A stretch of 58,385 nt of DNA, the filler included, from Sphacelaria rigidula (Eukaryota): the NCBI GenBank assembly GCA_964200075.2. It is 9 parts of 9 records of this genome, joined end to end, with 100 filler letters (N's around TTAATTAATTAA, not from the genome) between each part and the next. Parts side by side here need not be neighbours in the genome. Positions count along the whole stretch, not along the records: positions 45,490 to 51,887 come from CAXNAA020020323.1; positions 51,988 to 58,385 come from CAXNAA020020324.1; 7 more parts are not named here. One strand, 5' to 3'. Below, piece after piece: positions 49,101 through 58,385 of this stretch; position 1 is the stretch's first letter, and each line of letters begins with the position of its first letter. The position numbers and the translations under genes were made by a program. The notes under the pieces are model-generated. The model did not search any database. It had not been told where the DNA came from and saw nothing but the letters and a program-made list of their open reading frames with translations.

Positions 49101-49963
49101 GCATTTGGGAATGCGGCGGAGGCGCCGGTTGTACAGTGGTAGTGTAGCTCCGAGGCAACCAGCACCCTCTATCCATTGTCATCGGGCTTTCATCACGGGA
49201 TATATAATTCCAGGCAACAGTGTGTATAGCTGCCTCCTGGTGCGGGAAACACCGCGTTAGCCCAGCAACAAACAAGAGCTGTCGATCATGTCTGCCTCCC
49301 GTGTGGACAGCATATGTAGGATCGCGGACTGCATGTTCGGCGATGCAAGTAATCTCTTGTCAACAAACGTGCCGCCGCTAGGTACTGACTATATGGTATT
49401 CCCGTACGAGGTCGTGCCTTCACACGGTGTCGTTACTGTGCTGCACTGACTGTACTGTCCGCAGGCATACCGCGATGCCACGGGCACCGACCTGTAAATG
49501 CGAGCCCGCTCGTGTTGAACCTGAACTGTACTCTCAATGTGGTACATTATCAGCAAACGCATACTGGGAGAAGAGATAAGTCACCCCCCCCCAAATTCTT
49601 GAACTCACCAATAGAGTCAGACGACGAACCCTCGCCCCACTGTGCCTGCAGGCGTCGCCTGAAGCCCGCTCCCGAAGCCGCGTCCTCCGCCAAGATATTG
49701 ACAGCCTTCACGCCGAGAACCACAGCAGCCACAATCGTGACGATAACGTTAGCCTTGAAGGCCGTGGCCCAGTGCTTGTCCATCATCACGGCTGCTACAT
49801 TTTTCTCCTCATCACTCCTGTGGATGAGAGGAGTGAGCAGAAATTCATCTTCCTCTGGCGCGGACGAGTTGTTGTGGCGTTGTTCCACGTCGATAGTCTC
49901 GCCGTAGTAAGGCTGCTCCTGCTGAGCTCCCTGGTCGAGTCTGTGATAAGCAGAATCAGACAT
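46181..49963 (-). CDS. Choline transporter-like (CTL/SLC44/Pns1 family) membrane protein, first two exons
   Basis: Exon 1 is 49963-49609 (ATG start, G|GTGAGT donor, phase 1). Exon 2 is 46461-46181 (CAG acceptor, phase 1, AAG|GTAGGG donor). The product has DKHWATAFKANV (D-xx-W/F-A TM1 motif), several hydrophobic helices and RRRIEFGAANLK (RIPFAAANL-like motif). The gene runs off the fragment. Confidence 0.8.
46711..46885. repeat. Minisatellite, ~35-37 bp alternating units (about 5)
   Basis: cactgcagac(a/g)acccctt(ac/gt)agtg(c/t)agataccggcac alternates with gagat(c/t)ct(t/c)gtagtgc.gg.accgg.ac. Confidence 0.85.
47175..47700 (+). mobile_element. Probable Copia-type LTR with degenerate primer-binding site, in the CTL intron
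   Basis: tattgagcccag at ~47525 resembles the copia half-tRNAiMet PBS GGTTATGGGCCCAG and follows a ~350-bp non-coding block. No intact ORF. Confidence 0.35.
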
Positions 49964-50544
49964 CTCTATGCTTGGCTAAACAAGGGAAGCACCTGTTACT
50001 CGTGCAGTATAGTATACGAGCAGTGCTGTGCGTCGAAACCGGGCAGGTTTATCCGCACCCGGATTGAAGAAGTGTGAGGAGTATAGAGAAAAGCTTTCAG
50101 CGTTTGTTAACTGCTATAAAACAAATCTACACACGCTCAGGACAGAAGTTTATGGTGTCTGCTTTCCTTAGCTCCGGTGCTCGTTCTCCGGTGACACTAC
50201 AACAAGAGGTTTCTGTTTGCCCTGGGGTTCAGGGTGCCTCCCAGTGTCATCTTTCAGATGGAGGTTGTGCTGAAAAAAAAAAAACGTGTTCCTGAGAACG
50301 TTCCGAAACACGCCTCTCCGTAAATGTGGGTAGCACGTCTCTCAGGTCCGCGATCACAAGGAAGGGAGCACCGAGTATGGAATAATAAGTGGTTATTATA
50401 TAGTAACGTAGTAGTTCAGCAGTAGTACGTACGGCAGCAGTGAAAGAAGCAAGATTCAGTCAATCCAGACTATCGTTTCGTAAGGGGGAGGGATTGATGA
50501 AGTCGCACTATGGCTTGCACGGTGAATCTCATGTTTCTGCAGAT

Positions 50545-50928
50545 GTGTGCGCCATGTATCGCTTGCCATCTCATCTATTCTTGGCGCTAGTCTATGCATC
50601 CATGCATCTTTTTTTGATGATATGTGGGCGCATCAGCTGGGGTCACACAACATGAGGAATAAGGCCAACATAGGGGTTCTTATTTATTTTAGTACTCCAC
50701 CTCGCTTCCGCGGTGTTTGTCATTCTTTTTATCGCAAGGGGGGTTCAGCGGTCTCTTTCCCTAGCCGACCGTGAAGTTTTGTGTGCCCACAATAAAATCG
50801 CTCTCCACGCGGTTGGGGCACGGTGTGAGAAAAAATCCCAGATCGTGTGACTGCACCAAGCTTCGAACCCACCAACCAATCGTGAGAAGGTTTCGAGGTC
50901 ACCAACTGAGCCACCGCGGCGATCGGCA
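50545..50928 (-). mobile_element. tRNA-derived SINE copy
   Basis: Collinear with 2792-3149. A box TGGCTCAGTTGG and B box GGTTCGAAGC on the minus strand. Confidence 0.75.
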
Positions 50929-51094
50929 GATAGTTTGAAAAACAATGCAGAAAAACCGCCGCGCGCCGGTGGCGATCTAGACGGCACAACTTCAACAGAT
51001 CGGTTAGCTAGCTGGTTAGGGTGGAGTTCAGCGCTCGCACCCCGATACATTCTTGTAGATGGATGGGGGTCCTTTCTGACGAGAACGTGATAAT

Positions 51095-51330
51095 ATGGCT
51101 CTTAAATTCCTGCTATATCTAGGTCGTGTTTACTCACTTGTTGCGCTATCTCTTCTTGTTTGCGCTTGTCGATGGCGAATCCACACATGTTCCACGATCC
51201 TATTCGTAGCTTCCTTTCCAAATCATTATCTGTTCTCTTGTTGTGTTCCATCCTCTTCCCATATCTCTTACTTTCCCTTGCTTGATTGCTCTGCCCCTCG
51301 CCGGTTTGGACTTTGTCTATTTGCTTCGGG
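51095..51330 (-). mobile_element. LINE apurinic-endonuclease N-terminal fragment
   Basis: RKLRIGSWNMCGFAIDKRKQEEIAQQVSKHDLDIAGI matches the APE start motif LRI(G/A)SWNVxG...DI(V/A)xIQE. Confidence 0.75.
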
Positions 51331-51444
51331 GCGCTGTGTCCCCTCTCCTCCCCCTTCCGGGCATTTACCCGTCCCCGCCTCTCTTTCCCCCTGGGGGATG
51401 GGTGGGGAGGGTGCGCACTCATTTGTTGCTTGCCTCAGTCGTGC

Positions 51445-51456
51445 TGTTGTCGTTGT

Positions 51457-51540
<84 letters not shown>

Positions 51541-51645
51541 CTTCACATTAAAAAGTCGTGCCGGTATCTGCGCAGTGCTGTACTAGGCATCATCTGGCTC
51601 GGACGTCTTCCGTGGTCACAGGCTACCACCCCATGCTAGGGTAAA
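51445..51645 (-). mobile_element. Short retroposon 3' end with (CAA)n tail; copies ~46506-46620 and 58321-58385
   Basis: (gtt)n-gtctt(c/t)acatt(a/g)aaaa in all three copies, followed by ggcatc..g..cggacg(t/c)cttccgtggtcacaggc in the two longer ones. The third copy is cut off by the window end. Confidence 0.8.
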
Positions 51646-53049
51646 AGGAAAATCACGAAATAAAATCGGACTCACGAAAAATTCACACAGACACGACACA
51701 AGAAAAACAAAACAAAACAAAACAAAACAAAACAAAACAAAAAAAGGTAAAGAGAAAAAGAAGAAAGAAGAAACCTATCCTTGGACGTCTGAGAGGACAG
51801 TTATGCGTATGCATAAACTAGGCAAACCAGAAAGGGCGCCACATGACACCGCCCACCGCCTCGGAGGGAGGGGTGCATCGGAGTCAGNNNNNNNNNNNNN
51901 NNNNNNNNNNNNNNNNNNNNNNNNNNNNNNNTTAATTAATTAANNNNNNNNNNNNNNNNNNNNNNNNNNNNNNNNNNNNNNNNNNNNAACAGTAACCCCA
52001 CGGAAGCGCTTCCGAGCGAAACTAGATCCGAAAAATGGGCACAATCCCGGGGAGCGGTTGATTCTCATTTCCAAATACGTTCTCATTTTTCTGGCAACCC
52101 TGTATTACAGGGGATCATGAGCACGCCGTCATGAGGGACTTCTATCCGATTATTTGCTGTCTTGCGTGTCGCTCTCACCACGCTGTGCAGGGAGCGGCAT
52201 GTGGCAGTGGGTCCACCATGCACTGTATTATTGCTCTTCTTTTGAGATGTCGACCGCACGACGTTGTTGGCCGAAGCGATATCCGTACACTACAAGAAGA
52301 GTAGTGGGTGAGCATGCCTGATGCTCGGCAGAGTTCAAAGTAGTGTAATGCGTGAGAGGACTGCGTGCTTAGGGGACCACGTCGGAATTCAAACACCCCC
52401 ATGGTTAGGGTTAGGGTTAGAATTCGTGGTGCCACTATTATTAGTCCACCCTCACAATCGCTCAGCAATGGCCATTCGTTTCACCACTAGTTGATCGTTA
52501 CGTGATGTTCGCCACAGTCGACTAACAACCAGGCTCGTTTGTGTGTCAGCTCTGGTTCCTCAAGGTTCAATCATCCTTTTCTTGGACTGCGAAGATCTAG
52601 GGCCGTGTGGAATGCACACATGCCATAGACTCGCAGTAGCAGCATTGGTACACGTCATCTGTACTACAATATATTGATGGAGAAATCTGTGGTAAGTTGT
52701 GTTGGGCGCTGTCGACGATTCCAGTGAAGCACCAAGCAGGCACGATAACAGATTGGAACATGAAAATATGTGCGGCATATATATTCGTTTAGTTTGTGCG
52801 CATCGTATTACCCGAGTAAGTAATGGAGGGATGTGCCCAACACTTGGGGCGGGGTATTTCCTACTTGTCCGCGTGGAATACATGCCCAAAAACTCACATT
52901 GGCGACCATTTTTTCAAGTGTCTCTATTGAGAATTGAGAGATGTAGTTAGGCATCCGAAGTGGGAGATAAAAGCTGTCAAACTCTGTCGATCTCTGATCG
53001 ATCGCTGGTCACCGAACCTTCTCTGGATCAAAATGGTTGATGGTTGATT

Positions 53050-53285
53050 GGGTCGACAACTCGATTCAACACCGCGACCTTGACTTTGTTGGCAATTCCC
53101 AGCCGTAGGACGCTACACATGTACAGTAGAAGCACGTGATGCGTTCAACACTTGGTCTGGCATGCGCGCAACATAGCTAGGCTGGGTAGTTGAGCAGCAT
53201 GGCGTTTGTCTTGGAAAGAGATCCAACGGCAGCGTCCTTACCGAAACAGCCGCCGCCGAGAAATACGCATGTGCAGCATGTCCGA
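53050..53285 (-). pseudogene. Possible decayed hAT transposase C-terminal dimerisation domain
   Basis: Frameshifted reading AYFSAAAVSVRTLPLDL/FQDKRHAAQLPSLAML/QVLNASRASTVHV*R loosely fits Y..PL.WW..P.LA.LA..L..PASS..ER. Confidence 0.35.
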
Positions 53286-54424
53286 GCTATCAAATAGGGT
53301 TCTTGACTCTCAGAGCTCCTAAGTTCAGTACTCAAGTTTTGGGCACTGTTGCCAATGCAGCATAGAGGGTCGGCATACTGAACAGCGGCTACGTAGAAGG
53401 GGGCGACTCACACAAACTCCGCGGCCACGTGCTTCATTTTCGTCCGGCGGCAGCAGCAGCGCACGTCGAGAAACTTAAACCGGTATCGACATATTTTTGA
53501 ATCTTGACGGCACTGTGCACCTTAGTGTAGCGACAAACCGGCATAGTAAACTGTTCCGAAAACGCCATGTTAGTTCAGGCCGGGTACCGGAAAAGATGGC
53601 GAAACTCCTCATCGCCGCACCGCACGGAGAAGATCGGGCGAGTTGCCTAGAGCTGGGTGCCAGTACGGCCTGTCTGGCGGTCGCGTACGCAGCTGCGTGT
53701 CCGTCTTGGCGTGGGAGAAGCACGACTCGTTGTCACAGAGCGCCTTTTCTTCTTTTTACTCTTTTTTTAAAAATCATTTTGGAGTTGCTGTGGACTTTTT
53801 GTAGTGCACTTTCGGCCCTACCTGTCTGTGCACTTTCGGAGGAGGAGGGGGGACGGCAAACCTCATCATGAATCACGCGTCCAAAAAGAGTGTGAGCCCT
53901 GACGCACCCGACCGTCGGCTACGACCTGGGGATTGCACTGAGCGCATTCATACCAGCCTCGAGGCTCATGGCGCTACTGTAATGCGTGAGAGGACCGCGT
54001 GCTTAGAGGACCGCATCGTAGTTCAAAACAACTCAGAGTCGACTTTTTTGAAAACCAATCGGGCCAGTCCCTGCAAGAATCACGCCCCTGACCCTAGCCC
54101 CAACACTAAAGCCCTAACCCTGAACAGAAGTATCTTTCGAGGTCACGTGCTTGCTTTTAGTTTCTAGGGTAAAGGCCCAAAGCAAGAAACCCAGCCCATT
54201 TCTCGACTCTACTTTGCCCTCTATAACGTTCAAATTTGCCCTCCGTCATCACACAACCAACCCTACTAGCGTAATGTGCTGTATGAGGGGAAGCCTTGCG
54301 ATGCACATAGCAGCAGGGGAAGCAGTATCACTACGACGACGTCGTGCACGACCCACCGTCCAAGCCGCTGCAGGGGCGCAGATTGCTCACGCCGCAGTAA
54401 CACGGGCAGTTGCAGTATTTTTCG

Positions 54425-55200
54425 GTTGAGTGCTGTATGCTGTTGGCGCAGGACTTTCCCAGATGTCGAGAATTTTAGGATAGTCAGATGCAGTGCAATC
54501 AACACCTGCAGCATATCGGTATGTTCATCCGGCCTACCATGATCGGTGAGCTGGGAGGCAATGCTGACACGCACATACTACATTTCTGTATGCCATGCCG
54601 GTGCAGTACAACACATCACACTACTGTCTGGGGAAAGGTGCTGTGGAGAACTCCATGATTTGCAACTTGTCGAGGATAATCCCTGCAGCGCCAGATGGAG
54701 GAAAAATAGTGGTTCTTTCACAATCGTGGCGGTACTCATTTTCTGGCTCTTACCGTACCGATCGCATGAGTCCACCGTGCATACTGCGGCCAGTACAGCT
54801 GCTGGAAAGCACGACTGCTGACCACTGTTGTAGCACAGATCCGTGTAGACACTGGATCGTTTGGATGTTGGGGCACAGTATGCAGATCTTGCGGCACGCC
54901 AAGTGATTGTGCATTCGCTTCAACGCCATGGTACATGCAGCACAGGACAGGGTAGTACAGACAGTGCTATCAGGCTCGGAAATCACCATATGTAGGTCAG
55001 ATGGAGGTACCGTCCACACCCGAACAGCCAGCTGTATCCCGACTTTTCTTTTGGCTTTTAGGGTCCAAGATATACAGGTGACGGCAGGTAGACTATCGTA
55101 TACCCCAACTCCACTGCTCCGAAGGATGAGGTTGTTCAATGCAGGTTTTCTCGACTACGGCGGCGGCGATGTCGCCGAGCTGAAAGTTATGCCTTCTCCA
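54425..55200 (-). pseudogene. Possible highly decayed PIF1-type helicase (Helitron-like) fragment
   Basis: Across frames and in order: SSGVG, ILCPNIQTIQCLHGSVL, TVDS, DYPRQVANHGV, KVLRQQ, AYST. This resembles PIF1 IGxG, IL(A/C)PxN, SxDS, YL..GVPPH, RxQFP, AYAxT. Confidence 0.3.
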
Positions 55201-55596
55201 GGGGGTAGCACATGAGTAAAACGGTGCGACAAGTCCCATTTTTCACTCAACACGCCGCCGACTCCTGGGTATGTTGCATACTGAGTGTTCTGACCCTTCA
55301 CAGCCCTCAAAGTGGTCACTCAGCCCCCTCTTTGGCCTCGTTTCTGGATTAGAATTTTCCGAAACTGACAGATGCACATGGTTGATCTAGGGAAATTTTC
55401 GGCTCTTCTGGGAAAGGGCCCTCACTCCCCTGTCAAAAACCACCCCTCCGTCCCCTGGAAAGCCCCGGATGTTCGTGGGCTGTCAGTTGGTGAAACTATT
55501 TCGAGGCGACGCTCGCAGTCTAGGGTTTAAACGTTGTCAGATAGACCCACTTTTATGGCAAACGAATCTCGATTTTTGGGACCCCGATTTTGAAAA

Positions 55597-56028
55597 AATC
55601 CAGGGGAGGATACGTGACACACGTGACACATTCGAAAAAAAACGGAGAAAACGGAACTTTGGGCCATTTAACGCTACGTAAGGTTTGATTTTTTGGACGG
55701 AACAAATGCAACGTAACGGGATGTAACATGTGGACGTTGAAGCAGTATCTCTTCGTTTTTTTCCAGATGTGAAATATTCAGTTTTTGTGAATTTTTAACG
55801 TGACACGTGACACACGTGACATTTTCACGAAAACGAGCAGAGTTTCGTCACATTTGGAAAGTAAAACGCAATGTTAGGGTCCATGCGAAGGACCACATGT
55901 TACATCACGTGACGTTACATGTGTCCCATCCAAAAAATCAAATCTTGCGTATAAATGACCCGAAATGACGTGTTTTCAAATGTGTCACGTTAAAACGTCA
56001 CCTGTCACGTATCCCTCCCTGAAAAAAT
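55597..56028. repeat. Long imperfect inverted repeat (foldback/MITE-like)
   Basis: ~55597-55738 is the reverse complement of ~55891-56028, e.g. ccacatgttacatc.cgt.acgtt.cat, ccaaaaaatcaaa and tgtcacgtatcc. Confidence 0.8.
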
Positions 56029-56624
56029 CTGGGGGACTCAAATTCGTGAACTCAAAATGGGGGGAGCGTTTTGTTGTACGGGCGGTACAGTATCGCAGAT
56101 TTGTGAAACGGTTCTGTACACAGACGATCATTTTTTGCATGAGTGTAGTACTGCGTACTCGTGCATGAAGCCAAAGAGCAGGCAGGCGGTAAGCAATCCT
56201 TCGAGTACANNNNNNNNNNGACACTTCATCAGCACGGTACATGATAATGCCGTGTGGTAGTACATGATGTCACAGTCGGTATTGCGAGAACAGAGAACAA
56301 ACAGTGCGCCAGTAGAGTTCAGTAGTGCAGTGCCGCACATCATCCCTTAAGCACAGCGACGACAGCTAGGAGAGTACAGTAGCGTTCGGCAGAGTGACAC
56401 ATATGGCAGCGTAGCGCAGTATAAAATATTACTATCGCCGTAGGGTATGGCGTCAGCACTTATTATCCGCTTGTAAACCCCGTGCGAAGTTGCTTCAGCA
56501 GCTGGGGGCGGCAGTACGCACGCCCTGTGCTGTCACGAGACTGTCTTCTACTGCCGTTGCAAAAATATCAAACGCCTCGTACTCTAGCAATGTACGTCAA
56601 TGCACGTACGTTACCTCAAAAAAA

Positions 56625-56710
56625 TCGGGGGAAGTCACGATCTCGGAACGGTTTTCCCCCGATTTTATCGGAAAACCGGGGGAAAGTGTTCCGAGATCGT
56701 GACTCCCCGA
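56625..56710. repeat. Compact hairpin, ~35-bp stem
   Basis: agtcacgatctcggaac pairs perfectly with gttccgagatcgtgact, and the flanking ggggg/ccccc runs also pair. Confidence 0.9.
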
Positions 56711-57086
56711 CATTTTCGCCCCCGATTGGGTCCAAATTCGTGTCCATAAAGTGCGTTCCCCGATTTTTTGTCCCCGCGATTTTGGAAAAATCGACATTCG
56801 TGCTTGCCATAAAAGTGGGTCTTATTAGACTTCAGTGTGCTCATGTATTGAGAGTATGTTGCTGAGCGCGGAGCAAGAGTATTCACTGTTTTGTGGAGAT
56901 TGGGCCGTGTTGACCACAAGTTAGTCAGATAGATCAGAATGATATGGTGAATACAGCAAGCAGTGTGTTGGCTGAGTTCTGGGGTTGCCTGGCGACCGCG
57001 CCGTGCGCTATATAGTACGAGCTGGGCCGCCCAAGAAGCCTCCAGGAATGTTGAAACGCATCTTCTTCGAACAAATTGGATCATCA

Positions 57087-57578
57087 TCGATGAATTTTTG
57101 ACACGATGCACAGGACGTACGTGCGAATACCGAACCCTTCCCCCTATGTTTTTGTTTTTTTCTTCATGGGTTATTGGCAATTTTGTTCCGAAAAAATGTT
57201 CTGAAATGTCCCGTCACCAACAACTCACGTAGGGAAAAACGAAACATAGGGGGAAAGGGTCGGTATTCGCACACACACTCTCTACATCGTGTTGAAATTT
57301 CGTTGGAAACAATTCAAAATTGAGCGAAGAAAATGCGCCATTTCGTCGACAACCGGTTACCGAAGTATATGGAGGTGGACCAGTTACGAATAATTCAAAC
57401 GTATTAATGCTGTTTAATTTCAAGCTGTTTTCGATGAATTTTTTACACCATATACAGGACGCACGTGCGAATACCGAATCTTACCTCCTATGCTACTTTT
57501 CTTTCCCTCGTGAGTTACTGGCAATTTAGTTCCAGGAAAACTGTTCTGAAATGCTCCGTCACCAATAACTCACGGAGA

Positions 57579-57619
<41 letters not shown>

Positions 57620-57680
57620 GAGGAACGGAAGGGTGTTTGCACACACGTCCTGTACATCATGTCAAAATTTCATTGAAAAC
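57087..57680. repeat. Two tandem ~345-bp units, each containing a ~220-250 bp palindrome
   Basis: Units start tcgatgaatttt at ~57087 and ~57431. In unit 1, gtgcgaataccgaacccttcccctatgttt pairs with aaacatagggggaaagggtcggtattcgcac. Confidence 0.8.
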
Positions 57681-58321
57681 GACTGAATAATGTGCTCGGG
57701 AATTTTGCTACAACTTGTGCGGCACCACGCGGCACAAAACTGACTGTAATCGAAAATCCAATCTCAGACGTTTTATTTTGGCTAATGCCGCCGCACATGG
57801 TACCCTCAACTCTTCACACTTTCGCCCTTGGCTACAGTTTGGTATTTCGTTTGATGATACCTTGTCGGATCGCAGTGTTACATGGATTTGAAGACGCGCG
57901 CTGATTTGCCGATTACCACGATGCGTCATAGTAGGCACAACTCGCGATACATCGTGAGCTCTTAACCCTTAGACGGCGAGGTCAGTCTTCTGTTGAATCG
58001 GCATCAACTTCAAGTGAAAAAAAAGTATGCGTGATCCAGAAAGACTTCTCTCGCGGTCCAAGGGTCAACGGGCTGAAGGAAAGTGAGCTTCTTAGGCGGA
58101 CCAGCCTGTACAGAGGACCAATGACTCGCATCCGTTGGATTACTCCTACTGTTGATACAGCGGCTTGCAGAGGTTGTCATAACTCCTTCACAGTGCGTTT
58201 CGGTCGAGGTGTAAGCAAGAAATCAAATCCAAAGGACGGGTCAGCGCTGTGCTGCCGGAAGTGAGGGATTTGTCATCTCTTGTCTCGTCAAGCTTTATCG
58301 ATTAACGGACTCCCTCGAGAG

Positions 58322-58373
<52 letters not shown>

Positions 58374-58385
58374 CTTCACATTAAA

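Overview
Eukaryotic, intron-rich and repeat-rich DNA, most consistent with a brown alga (Ectocarpus-like; this is an inference). The window is not a continuous locus. It is nine fragments of 6399/6398 bp joined by identical 100-bp N44-TTAATTAATTAA-N44 linkers, so neighbourhood across gaps is meaningless. Splicing exons by hand (GT-AG, phase-consistent) recovers four partial genes. (1) A eukaryotic-type tryptophanyl-tRNA synthetase with an N-terminal archaeal AlaX-S-like domain that has lost its zinc ligands (7783-11215, +). (2) The N-terminal part of an ATM-like kinase (13498-18474, +). (3) A MICU-like EF-hand protein (26410-29248, +). (4) A choline-transporter-like (CTL/Pns1) membrane protein (49963-46181, -). 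The rest is mostly decayed transposons and tandem or foldback repeats: two LINE types, a Gypsy remnant, a probable Copia LTR, tRNA-derived SINEs, Stowaway-like and hAT-like DNA elements, and a possible PIF1/Helitron relic. The most notable observations are the AlaX-TrpRS fusion, retroposons that end in C-tracts (one with a 15-bp TSD), and a TGTGACCACGG motif shared by several retroposon tails. All protein family calls come from remembered reference sequences, not database searches.
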